Source: Bacteroidaceae bacterium
Lineage (GTDB): Bacteria; Bacteroidota; Bacteroidia; Bacteroidales; Bacteroidaceae
DNA length: 64,000 bases
Reading direction: 5' to 3'
NCBI GenBank assembly: GCA_045661225.1
Contig: JAZRFF010000028.1
Span: forward strand, 22,524-86,523
Positions 17,591-26,427 of the stretch are shown one piece after another (within the stretch, counting starts at the first letter, position 1; each line of letters opens with the position of its first letter). The translations under genes were made by a program, and so were the position numbers. The notes under the pieces are model-generated. The model made no database searches. It had not been told where the DNA came from and was given only the letters and a program-made list of their open reading frames with translations.

Positions 17591-19453
17591 TTAGAAGTTA
17601 GCCTTGTCAACGTCCCACCACAAGCGTGTAGCCTGCAGGTCGGCACCACCAAGAGCGGGGAGTCCGAACTCGTTTACAATAGCCTGGATACGGTCCTCGG
17701 TGGGTGCCCAAGGTATGCGACGTATAATATCTCCCTCTACAAGAGAACCATCGCCATCTTCGGGGTTAAGCACGGGGAACAGTTTGGGGTAGCCTGTACG
17801 ACGCAACTCGGTCCAAGCCTCGGTTGAGAGCGGGAACAGTGCAATGTACTTCTGGGTGATAATCTTCTCGAGCTTTGTCTCCTGAGTATCATTATCGTTC
17901 CACTTAACGCCAATCTTTGTTGTGCTTTCCAAATCTTCGGTGTTGCCTGTGGGGTCAATATATGTGTAGTCGGCAGCACTCTCTTGAGCCATATAATCTC
18001 CTACAAGGGTTTTGTACGGGAATACATCGGGGAATCCTTCGAATGGACACTCGAGGTAAGCGTTCTCAATAGCACGCTCATAGAAGAACTGTGCTGTACC
18101 GCCCATACTCCAACCGCGCAGAGCACCTTCGGCACGCAACAGGTCAACCTCGGCCCACTTTATAAAGTAGAGAGGAATAAGTGCGTCAGTAAATGTCTGT
18201 GTGTTGATTTTTGAGAATGCCTGTAGCTGGTTAACGGCGTAGTCCTGTCCTGTACCTACAAGGAAACCTTCGCGCAAACCGCATAGTCTTGTGCCTGCAG
18301 GCATCTTCTCGAATGTCTCGTCGTTTATAATTACGTTGTTGTTATTTTCGAACACATAATCAACGTATGGGTGGTTGAGGCTCATAAGCAAGCTCTCGAA
18401 CGATGCCGACAATACAAGGTCACCCCAGCCGAACACTCCCAGAAGCGGGTGAGCGAAACCGCTGAACATTGGGTAAAGAGCGTGCTGGTCGAGCTCGCGC
18501 TCAATGACACCGCTTGCAACAGCCTCTTCGGCCCATTTTCTGGCAGTCACAGCATCAACCTTTACAATGTGCATAGCCATACGCAATTTCAACGAGTTTG
18601 CGAGCTTGATGTATGTGTCGAAGCTTGTATCTCCCTCAAGGTAGAAGGCGGGGTTTGTATCGTGGTAAGCTCCCAATATACCGGTGACTATATTCTTATA
18701 CTCATCGGAACGATATTCGTAGTTCTGCAGACAGGCTACAATGTTGTCGATGTTCTTTACAATAGCATTGTAGATGCTTCGCACGTTGATGTACACGCGA
18801 GGGTCCTCAACACCTCTCTTGTCCTCGAAATATGTGTAAGGACCGGCAAGGTCGGCCTGCTCCTGTGCAATGATGCAGTAGAAAAGAAGGTTGATGGCCT
18901 TAATCTCGGGGATTTTGTTCATTTCGGGGTCATTGAGCAAGGGAATTATTGAGTTCTTTGCCATTGTATAGGCACCCAACGGGTCGCCGTTAAAATCGGT
19001 GGTAAGGTCGTATGTCGAGGTCTTTTTACCATACATAAAGTCGCTGTGAGGTACTGTAAAGTACTGTGCGTATGTATCGGGGCCAAGACTGTACTGACGC
19101 TGGTAAGCGTGCTCGGCAGGGTAGCCGCCCTCTTTACCGCCACGAATGTTATAACGTCCTGACATTGCCTGACGGAACAGCGGGTCAAGATAACCGGCAG
19201 CAGCAGCAACCTCTTCAATAGGGTATTCCTCGTAGTAATTGAGTACGTCGGCGGGTGTCTCTTCCTCTATAAGGGTGTCAAACTCTCCCGGACGCTGCAC
19301 TTCATTCTCGGGCTTGTTTTCTGTATTGTTGTTCTCGGGTACAATAATGTCGCCTAAACCAAATTCGTCGCCCGGATTATCGAACTTCAAACAAGAGTTC
19401 ATTGCAAACGATGTAAATAACAACGTTGCTGCTAAAATCAGATGTTTTTTCAT
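17591..19453 (-). CDS. SusD/RagB-family nutrient-binding outer-membrane lipoprotein
   Basis: 620 aa. Lipobox FAMNSC. It lies 30 nt downstream of susC. C-terminal SusD-like motifs are present (TEAWTELRRTGYP). Confidence 0.85.
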   Translation of the reverse strand: MKKHLILAATLLFTSFAMNSCLKFDNPGDEFGLGDIIVPENNNTENKPENEVQRPGEFDTLIEEETPADVLNYYEEYPIEEVAAAAGYLDPLFRQAMSGRYNIRGGKEGGYPAEHAYQRQYSLGPDTYAQYFTVPHSDFMYGKKTSTYDLTTDFNGDPLGAYTMAKNSIIPLLNDPEMNKIPEIKAINLLFYCIIAQEQADLAGPYTYFEDKRGVEDPRVYINVRSIYNAIVKNIDNIVACLQNYEYRSDEYKNIVTGILGAYHDTNPAFYLEGDTSFDTYIKLANSLKLRMAMHIVKVDAVTARKWAEEAVASGVIERELDQHALYPMFSGFAHPLLGVFGWGDLVLSASFESLLMSLNHPYVDYVFENNNNVIINDETFEKMPAGTRLCGLREGFLVGTGQDYAVNQLQAFSKINTQTFTDALIPLYFIKWAEVDLLRAEGALRGWSMGGTAQFFYERAIENAYLECPFEGFPDVFPYKTLVGDYMAQESAADYTYIDPTGNTEDLESTTKIGVKWNDNDTQETKLEKIITQKYIALFPLSTEAWTELRRTGYPKLFPVLNPEDGDGSLVEGDIIRRIPWAPTEDRIQAIVNEFGLPALGGADLQATRLWWDVDKANF

Positions 19454-19483
19454 ATCTAGAATAATTTTTTTACCTTATTTATA

Positions 19484-22400
19484 TTATAGATTCAACTTGA
19501 GGTTGAAACCGAACGAACGTGTCGACGGGAGGTTGAACATATCGAATCCGCCCAAGCCACCGCCTGTACCCAAAGAGATATCGGGGTCAACTGGTGAGTC
19601 CTTGTAGATGAAGAACAGGTTGCGGCAAACGAATGAAAGGCTCAGGTTCTTGTACTCGCCAAAGAGGTTACGGAATGTGTAACCCAGTGACAACTCGCGC
19701 AGACGGAAGTTTGTAGCGTCGTAGATATAGCTGTCGAATGTGCGGTCCTCGTAGTATTTCTTGATTGATACAAGGTCACGTCCATCGTTAATGTACATAG
19801 CGTGATCGGTGCTACCCTGTCCCTCGGGAACAGCCTTGCCGCGCTTGTTGATGTAAAGACCCTTCTGGCCGGCAAACTCACTACCCTCGGGGTGAACGTA
19901 GCTCTCGGCTGCCAAACGTGCATCGCCAGAACGCTTAGAGTTACCCATACGGTCAAGGTAGAACTCTGTCATTGAAATTGTCTTGCCGCCTATGCGTCCG
20001 TTGATAAGGAAATATAGTGTAAAGTCTTTGTACGAGAATGTGTTAGACCAAGAAATTTGACAAGGAGAGTTCATATTGCCGGCATAGAAGTTGTAAGAAC
20101 TGCCCATCTGTGGTGTTCCGCCAACAACCTTAATGTCACCGGTTTTGTGTATAATATCGCCATTTGAGTTGACAACGTCCTTGTCGTAACGTGCATAGTC
20201 CTTTATGTACATATCTCCAAACTTTCCACCTTTCTCGAATAGAATGTGGATTGCGCTCTCGGCCATACTCTGTGTAAGGGTTGCATTCTCGCCGGTCTTG
20301 GGGTCCTCGTAAATCTCCTCAATCTTGTTGAAGTTGTATGAGAAGTTTGCCGATGTGTTCCAACGCCAGTTTTTGTCAATCTTCCAGTCGTAACCGACGG
20401 TTAACTCGACACCTTGGTTGCGTATAACACCCGAGTTGACAGGGAGTGTCTTACCGCTGAGCAGGTATGCTGTGAGGTAAGAATTGCACATTGCCGAATT
20501 GTAGTATGTTACGTCGAAGTTAAGACGGTCACGGAAGAACTGCATCTCAAGACCTGTCTCAAATGACTTTGTCTTTTCGGGGACGGGCTTGAACGATGCA
20601 TAACCGCTTGTGGTGATTGTACCCTTTACAAGGTCCATATATCCCTTGTCGAACACAATGTTGGGAATTGAGTTACCAACCTCGGAGTAGCTCAGACGAT
20701 ATTTTGCGTATGTGAACCACTTTGGCAACTTGATGATGTCGCTCAAGACAGCGTTGGCTCCGAAACCGAAGTAACCGTAGCTCTCGGCTGTACCCAGGTG
20801 CTTGAACTGACGGAACGGACGATACCAGTCCTGACGATAAGAAGCGTCAACAAACACAACGTCGCCCCAACCTACCTGCACGGTTGCAAGTGCAGCCTGG
20901 TCCCAATTGCTGCTCTTTGTTTCGTAGTGCTGGTCGGCATAAGCCTGAGGATAGAATACATTGATAGCTGTAGGTATTGAGGTGTGAGCACCGTAGTTGT
21001 TCATTTCAGGGTTAACGGTCGCTCTGTCGCTGTAAACGGTACCGTTGCTCTGTATTGTGTGGCCTACATAACCGGCTGTTGCCGAAAGTGACCAGTCCTT
21101 GCCGAACTCTTTGTTGTAAGAAAGCAGATAGTCGGTGTAAATCTCGTTTGTACGGTCGCTGTTGAGGAAATACATACCGTAGTACTCCATTTCGTTGACG
21201 TTCATTGTGGTTGCATAACGACCACCCTCGCTGTTGAATTTGTTGTTGTCGATTGAAACACGTCCTTGGAGGTTCAAACCGTCAATAATCTTTAGGTTGG
21301 CCTGGAAACTTGCATAGAAACGGTCCTCATTGTCTTCTCCGAAGTTTCTGTTAAGCAACCAGTAGGGGTTGTTCGACTTACCTGCAATCTGGCCCCAATT
21401 CTGTCTTTTGCCTGAAAGGAGTGCGTATGTTCCCGACACTAACTCATTCTTTTCGTTGATATAGATATCCTTGTTGTTTGAAGATTTCCACTGGCCGTCA
21501 ATCTCGTAGTTCTCCTTGTAGTACGGCATATCGATGTCGCGGCTCGCGGTGTAAACGTCATATATGGGGTTGAACAGACGACCGCCACCCAAACGGTTCT
21601 TTGTGCGTGTCTGCATATAGTTTACATTGATGTTCATTGTAAGACGGTCCCACAAGTTGTATGACTGACGGAATGCAAATGTGTTACGTACGTAGCTGTT
21701 GTTCGCAAGAAGACCTTCGGAGTATGTGTTAGAGTAAGATGCGTATGTTTGAATCTTCTCGGTTCCTCCCGAAATTGAGATAGAGTTGTTGGTCATAAGA
21801 CCTGTCTGGTAAAGGTCCTTGATGTCGTCGGCAGCCTTACCGCGGAGGTGAATGTCGTTGTAGCCGTCCTCGAAGAACTTGGTATCGTTGGGAACGCTTA
21901 CAATCTGGTCGTTGCCGGTGAGTCTGTTACCCCAGCTGCCCAACTCAATCTTGAGAAATTCTCCTGTGTTGGGGTTGTATGTAGAACCACCGTATGAGTT
22001 TTGAATCTGCGGTGTAAGGAACGGAGTGTCAAATGTGGTGTTTGAGTTGAAAGTAACCTCCATCTTGCCCTGCTTACCTTTCTTTGTTGTAATCATCACA
22101 ACGCCGTTGGCTGCGCGTGAACCGTAAAGAGCAGCAGCGTTAGCTCCCTTTAGAATGTTCATAGACTCAATATCATCGGGGTTAATCATTGACAAGGGGT
22201 CGGAACCCTCGGCAAATGAACCCTCGCCACGGAACGATTCTGAATTTTGCTGGCCACGGATTGAGTTTGTCATAGGCACTCCGTCGACTACTATAAGCGG
22301 TGCGTTGTCACCCATTATCGACTTGTTACCGCGAAGCAGAATCTTTGATGCGCCACCGGCACCACCGGCACTGGGGGTAATTGTAATACCTGAAACCTTA

Positions 22401-22885
22401 CCCTCGAGTGAGTTTACAAGATTCGCGTCGGGTGCTTTGAACAGGTCGTCGGCCTTTACCATTTGGGTTGCGTAGGTGAGTGACTTCTCCTTGCGCATAA
22501 TACCCATTGCGGTAACCACGAGCTCTTCGAGCTGATTATTCTCTTCAATCATCACAAAGTTCAGGTTTCCACCTTTCCAAACCTGGTCTTCGCAGGTAAA
22601 GCCCATTAAAGATGCGCGAATGGTAGAACCTTTCTTTACGTTTTTCAGAATGTAAGAACCGTCTAATTCAACGAATGCCGAATTTTGTGTTCCGACAACG
22701 TAAACAACGGCTCCAATCATCTCTTCGCCTTTTTCGGACAAAACTGTGCCCTTGACTGTACCGAACTGCGGGTCTTGCTGTACGGTGATGTTGCCTGCAA
22801 ATGCCTGCGTGGGCATAAGGGAAAGAGAAATTCCCATAAAGGTTGCCATAAAAAGCGACCTTACAACCGATTTAAGTAGTTTCAT
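19484..22885 (-). CDS. SusC/RagA-family TonB-dependent outer-membrane transporter
   Basis: Start at M14 (ATG 22883-22885). Signal peptide, a carboxypeptidase-regulatory-like domain (GTVLSEKGEEMIGAVVYV), a plug with a TonB-box region (ELVVTAMG), and a C-terminal beta-barrel ending in F-x-L-x-L-N-L. No N-terminal STN domain is present. Confidence 0.9.
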   Translation of the reverse strand: MKLLKSVVRSLFMATFMGISLSLMPTQAFAGNITVQQDPQFGTVKGTVLSEKGEEMIGAVVYVVGTQNSAFVELDGSYILKNVKKGSTIRASLMGFTCEDQVWKGGNLNFVMIEENNQLEELVVTAMGIMRKEKSLTYATQMVKADDLFKAPDANLVNSLEGKVSGITITPSAGGAGGASKILLRGNKSIMGDNAPLIVVDGVPMTNSIRGQQNSESFRGEGSFAEGSDPLSMINPDDIESMNILKGANAAALYGSRAANGVVMITTKKGKQGKMEVTFNSNTTFDTPFLTPQIQNSYGGSTYNPNTGEFLKIELGSWGNRLTGNDQIVSVPNDTKFFEDGYNDIHLRGKAADDIKDLYQTGLMTNNSISISGGTEKIQTYASYSNTYSEGLLANNSYVRNTFAFRQSYNLWDRLTMNINVNYMQTRTKNRLGGGRLFNPIYDVYTASRDIDMPYYKENYEIDGQWKSSNNKDIYINEKNELVSGTYALLSGKRQNWGQIAGKSNNPYWLLNRNFGEDNEDRFYASFQANLKIIDGLNLQGRVSIDNNKFNSEGGRYATTMNVNEMEYYGMYFLNSDRTNEIYTDYLLSYNKEFGKDWSLSATAGYVGHTIQSNGTVYSDRATVNPEMNNYGAHTSIPTAINVFYPQAYADQHYETKSSNWDQAALATVQVGWGDVVFVDASYRQDWYRPFRQFKHLGTAESYGYFGFGANAVLSDIIKLPKWFTYAKYRLSYSEVGNSIPNIVFDKGYMDLVKGTITTSGYASFKPVPEKTKSFETGLEMQFFRDRLNFDVTYYNSAMCNSYLTAYLLSGKTLPVNSGVIRNQGVELTVGYDWKIDKNWRWNTSANFSYNFNKIEEIYEDPKTGENATLTQSMAESAIHILFEKGGKFGDMYIKDYARYDKDVVNSNGDIIHKTGDIKVVGGTPQMGSSYNFYAGNMNSPCQISWSNTFSYKDFTLYFLINGRIGGKTISMTEFYLDRMGNSKRSGDARLAAESYVHPEGSEFAGQKGLYINKRGKAVPEGQGSTDHAMYINDGRDLVSIKKYYEDRTFDSYIYDATNFRLRELSLGYTFRNLFGEYKNLSLSFVCRNLFFIYKDSPVDPDISLGTGGGLGGFDMFNLPSTRSFGFNLKLNL

Positions 22886-23006
22886 ATAATGTTTTTTATT
22901 TTGGGAGCAGTGTTGCCACCGCATTCCCGTTGGTTAAATAAATTGTTTCCTTCAGTATCGTGATAAAATTATTTATATTTATATAAATTATCTAATATAC
23001 CACGTT

Positions 23007-23014
23007 CAAAATTA
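23007..23014 (-). promoter_or_regulatory. Putative -7 box for the susC operon
   Basis: TAATTTTG on the minus strand, about 122 nt upstream of the susC ATG. I found no clean -33 TTTG. Confidence 0.35.
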
Positions 23015-23125
23015 CTCAAATATTTTATTTGCAGAAATCTTTTTCGGTTTTTTTTGTTTGTCGAGGTGATGAAAATAATAAATTGACAGTTTTTCGACTC
23101 TATTTTAGGGAAAAATGTGCATTTT

Positions 23126-23167
23126 GACAGTTGCGGCGGGGTGGATTTCCACCTCGCCGCAACTGTC
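23126..23167. other. Long near-perfect hairpin (20-bp arms, 1 mismatch)
   Basis: GACAGTTGCGGCGGGGTGGA-tt-TCCACCTCGCCGCAACTGTC. TCTTTTGAAA follows on the + strand and AAAATG follows on the - strand. Confidence 0.9.
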
Positions 23168-23178
23168 TCTTTTGAAAT

Positions 23179-23415
23179 TCAGAAGCTGTTTGAATTTATT
23201 ATGAAGGTATATTGAAACTGCAAAAAGTGATGTCTCAAACAGTTCAAGAAGGTGCTTGAACCCCTTTTGAAAAATCAGTTTGCATTCTGTGCAGTTTTTC
23301 TTGTCAGTTTTTCTTTTTCGCTGTTATATAGCCTGCTATTCTTGTCGTTTACCGGTAAAATTTGTTCAATAAAGAATCTTGAACAATCGCGGAATAAATT
23401 TTAAACAGCTTCTGA
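23179..23415. repeat. 13-bp perfect inverted repeat pair enclosing 211 bp
   Basis: TCAGAAGCTGTTT (23179-23191) and AAACAGCTTCTGA (23403-23415). Extending inward gives 17/19 matches. The right arm ends 4 nt before the korB stop codon. Confidence 0.9.
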
Positions 23416-23419
23416 TAAA

Positions 23420-24424
23420 TTATTTAATTTCCCATATTTCGTTTGTCTCGAGCAACTCGCTGAAGTTGTGGTATTTCTTTGCGTCTTTTACCTCCTCGAC
23501 CTGTGCGTGCAGAGCGTCGTTGTAAGTGATAGCCTCAACGTCACGTATTATACCGAGCGCAATGGGGAATTCCGGTCCCTCCATAAGTGCGAGCTTCAGG
23601 TGCAGGGTGGTGTCCTTGCAGTGTGCGTCGTGTACTAATATGTCGCTCTCGCTAATGCCATTCTCGCCTATTCTGACAACCTTGAGCCCGAATCCTTCTT
23701 GCATAAGTCCGAACTCACGATTCTCGCCGAAAATCATTGGCTTGCCGTGTTCGAGATATATTGCATTCTTGGCGCGTCCCTCTTTGGTGTAGACACTCTC
23801 GTGTGTGCCGTTGTTGAATATTACGCAGTTCTGCAGAACCTCGACTACAGAGGCGCCTTTGTGTTGTGCGGCAGCTTTGAGGCAACCTACAGCCGCCGGC
23901 ATATCTGTAGCCACGCAACGTGCGAAGAAATTGCCTCGTGCGCCGAAACATAGTTCGGCTGGGCGGAACGGGTCCTCCACGGTGCCGTAAGGCGATGACT
24001 TACTCACAAAGCCACGCATAGATGTCGGTGAGTACTGTCCCTTTGTAAGGCCGTATATGCGGTTGTTGAGCAGAATCATATTAAGGTCGATGTTGCGGCG
24101 TACAGCGTGTATAAAGTGGTTACCGCCAATGGCAAGACCATCGCCGTCTCCCGAAATTTGCCACACTGTAAGGTCTGGGTTGGCAACCTTTGCTCCTGTA
24201 GCAATAGCTGCCGAGCGTCCGTGTATAGTGTGGAACCCGTAGGTGTTCATATAGTAGGGCAGGCGTGACGAGCAGCCTATTCCTGAAATTACCGCAATAT
24301 TATGCGGTGCGACGCCTAACTCTCCCATAGCCTTGTGCAGTGCGCCCAGGAACGAGTGGTCGCCACAACCCGGACACCAACGTGGCTGTCCGAACTTATA
24401 GTCTTGTGCTGTGTATTCGCTCAT
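23420..24424 (-). CDS. korB: 2-oxoglutarate/2-oxoacid:ferredoxin oxidoreductase, beta (TPP-binding) subunit
   Basis: 334 aa. WCPGCGDH, GIGCSS and SGDGDGLAIGGNH TPP-binding motifs. Confidence 0.85.
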   Translation of the reverse strand: MSEYTAQDYKFGQPRWCPGCGDHSFLGALHKAMGELGVAPHNIAVISGIGCSSRLPYYMNTYGFHTIHGRSAAIATGAKVANPDLTVWQISGDGDGLAIGGNHFIHAVRRNIDLNMILLNNRIYGLTKGQYSPTSMRGFVSKSSPYGTVEDPFRPAELCFGARGNFFARCVATDMPAAVGCLKAAAQHKGASVVEVLQNCVIFNNGTHESVYTKEGRAKNAIYLEHGKPMIFGENREFGLMQEGFGLKVVRIGENGISESDILVHDAHCKDTTLHLKLALMEGPEFPIALGIIRDVEAITYNDALHAQVEEVKDAKKYHNFSELLETNEIWEIK

Positions 24425-24427
24425 ATC

Positions 24428-26281
24428 TTAACCCTCCATAATTTTAGTGAATGACTCGACCAGTGCGGCAATGGTAAACGGTTGACCCTTAACCTCGTTG
24501 TGCTGGTGTAATTTTATGCCCTCGATTTTTCCGCGCAGGTACGACGCAAACTGTCCCATATTCTGCTCGGCAACAACAATCTTGCTGTAGCGGCGCAGAA
24601 CCTCTTCGGCGTTGCTTGGCAGCGGATTTATGAATTCGAAGTGTGCCAACGCCACCTTTTTGCCCTCGCTGCGCATTTGTTGCATAGCCTCGCACAAGTG
24701 TCCGTATGTGCCTCCGAAGCCTACGATGAGAAGGTCGGCGTCACTGTCGCCCTCGACCTGAAGAGGGGGTATGGCGTTTGCTATTTTTGCAACCTTTCTT
24801 GCGCGTGCCTCAACCATATAGTGGTGGTTCGCCGGCTCGTTGCATATAGCTCCTGTAGCGGCATTTTTCTCAAGACCGCCTATCCGGTGCGTGAAGCCCG
24901 GAGTGCCGGGTACAGCCCAGTAGCGCACATCGTTCTCGGGGTTACGCTTGTAGGGGCTCCAGTCGCCCTGCATTTCGGGTGTGACGTACGGTGGCACAAT
25001 CTTCGGGTACTCGTTAATGTCGGGGAGCTTCCACGCTGCCGAACCGTTGGCTATAAAGGCATCGGTGAGCAGTATCACAGGTGTCATATGCTCGACTGCA
25101 ATTTTGCAGGCAGCAAATGCCGCGTCGAAACAGTTGGTGGGCGACGTTGCTGCTATCACCGGGATTGGACTTTCGCCGTTACGTCCGTAGAGTGCCTGCA
25201 ACAGGTCGGTCTGTTCGCTCTTTGTGGGGAGTCCGGTCGAAGGACCACCACGCTGAACGTCTATAATAACAAGCGGTAACTCGGTTATTACTGCAAGGTT
25301 GATGGCCTCGCTCTTTAGGCATATTCCCGGGCCTGATGTCGATGTGCAGGCAAGTGCTCCGGCGTATGCTGCACCCACTGCCGATGCGCAACCGGCAATC
25401 TCGTCCTCGGCCTGTACGGTTATTACCCCCATAGACTTATGCTTGGCAAGCTCGTGCAGAATATCGGTGGCCGGTGTAATAGGGTAGGAGCCGAGGAAAA
25501 GCCTCATTCCGGCTTTTTCGGCAGCAGCCATAAGACCGTATGCGGTAGCCTTGTTGCCGTTTATGTCCATATAGCGACCTTTCTTCTTCTCGGGATTGCT
25601 CTCTATGCTGTATGTGTGGGCAATTGAGGTGTGGGTGTTGTGTCCCATATCGTATCCGGCACGCAGAACCTTGATGTTGGCCTCGGCAACCTCGGGCTTC
25701 TTGGCGAATTTTGCACGTAGCATATTTTCGGCAAGTGTAAGGTCGCGGTCATATATCCAGCATACAAGACCAAGCGCGAGCATATTCTTGCAACGTACGA
25801 TGCTCTTGTTGTCGAGCCCGCTGTCTTTGAGTGTTTCTTGGCACAAAGAGGTTATTGGGCAGGGTACAACTTCGCAGGTTATTCCCAGTTCGGCAATTGG
25901 GTCGTCGGTCTTGAACTCGGCTTTCTGAAGGTCTTTCTCGGTGAATGAGTCGCTGTCGATTATTATTGCTCCGGTGGGTTTGCAGTGCTTGTGCTGTGTC
26001 TTTAGCGCAGCGGGGTTCATTGCAACAAGAATGTCGCATTTGTCACCGGGGGTCAGTACTTTGTCGGCTCCAATGTGTACCTGAAAGCCCGAAACGCCGG
26101 TGAGTACTCCTTGCGGAGCGCGTATGTCGGCGGGGTAGTCGGGAAAGGTGCAGATGTCGTTTCCGACTGTTGCGGAAATTGTTGAGAAGATGTTTCCTGC
26201 CAACTGCATACCGTCGCCCGAGTCGCCCGAGAAACGTACAACAATCTGGTCGAGTTTCTGTGTTTTTCTTTCGTCTGCCAT
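24428..26281 (-). CDS. korA: 2-oxoglutarate/2-oxoacid:ferredoxin oxidoreductase, alpha subunit
   Basis: Start at M18 (ATG 26279-26281; MADERKTQ...). FSGDSGDGMQLAG..., GSYPITPATDI. It lies 3 nt upstream of korB. Confidence 0.85.
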   Translation of the reverse strand: MADERKTQKLDQIVVRFSGDSGDGMQLAGNIFSTISATVGNDICTFPDYPADIRAPQGVLTGVSGFQVHIGADKVLTPGDKCDILVAMNPAALKTQHKHCKPTGAIIIDSDSFTEKDLQKAEFKTDDPIAELGITCEVVPCPITSLCQETLKDSGLDNKSIVRCKNMLALGLVCWIYDRDLTLAENMLRAKFAKKPEVAEANIKVLRAGYDMGHNTHTSIAHTYSIESNPEKKKGRYMDINGNKATAYGLMAAAEKAGMRLFLGSYPITPATDILHELAKHKSMGVITVQAEDEIAGCASAVGAAYAGALACTSTSGPGICLKSEAINLAVITELPLVIIDVQRGGPSTGLPTKSEQTDLLQALYGRNGESPIPVIAATSPTNCFDAAFAACKIAVEHMTPVILLTDAFIANGSAAWKLPDINEYPKIVPPYVTPEMQGDWSPYKRNPENDVRYWAVPGTPGFTHRIGGLEKNAATGAICNEPANHHYMVEARARKVAKIANAIPPLQVEGDSDADLLIVGFGGTYGHLCEAMQQMRSEGKKVALAHFEFINPLPSNAEEVLRRYSKIVVAEQNMGQFASYLRGKIEGIKLHQHNEVKGQPFTIAALVESFTKIMEG

Positions 26282-26380
26282 TTTTTTGTCTCTTTTAGAG
26301 TTGTTATATTGCTTGCCAAAGTTCGCAAACAAAAATGAAACAAAGAAACTTTTTTGAATAAAAGTTAAGGGTGTATATAA

Positions 26381-26414
26381 TTAAAAGAGGCGCACGATCG
26401 TGCGCCTCTTTTAA
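26381..26414. terminator. Perfect 34-bp palindrome / bidirectional terminator after the TonB-dependent receptor
   Basis: TTAAAAGAGGCGCACGA|TCGTGCGCCTCTTTTAA, 14 nt downstream of the stop codon at 26428. Confidence 0.7.
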
Positions 26415-26427
26415 TTATATGTCGTTT

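Noticed and set aside
23116-23205. 29-aa + strand ORF (MCILTVAAGWISTSPQLSLLKFRSCLNLL) spanning the big hairpin, and the 5-aa ORF MKIIN at 23068
   Set aside because: The reading frame is dictated by the palindrome itself, there is no promoter box upstream, and the ORFs are too short to assess. They are treated as non-coding.
24641-25279. 212-aa + strand ORF inside korA. Similar long antisense ORFs occur at 48199-48792, 39426-40064, 30480-31088, 18371-18952 and 12790-13209.
   Set aside because: Each is fully embedded antisense in a strongly supported gene. Such ORFs are typical at about 50% GC with biased codon usage. None has a family signature or promoter box.
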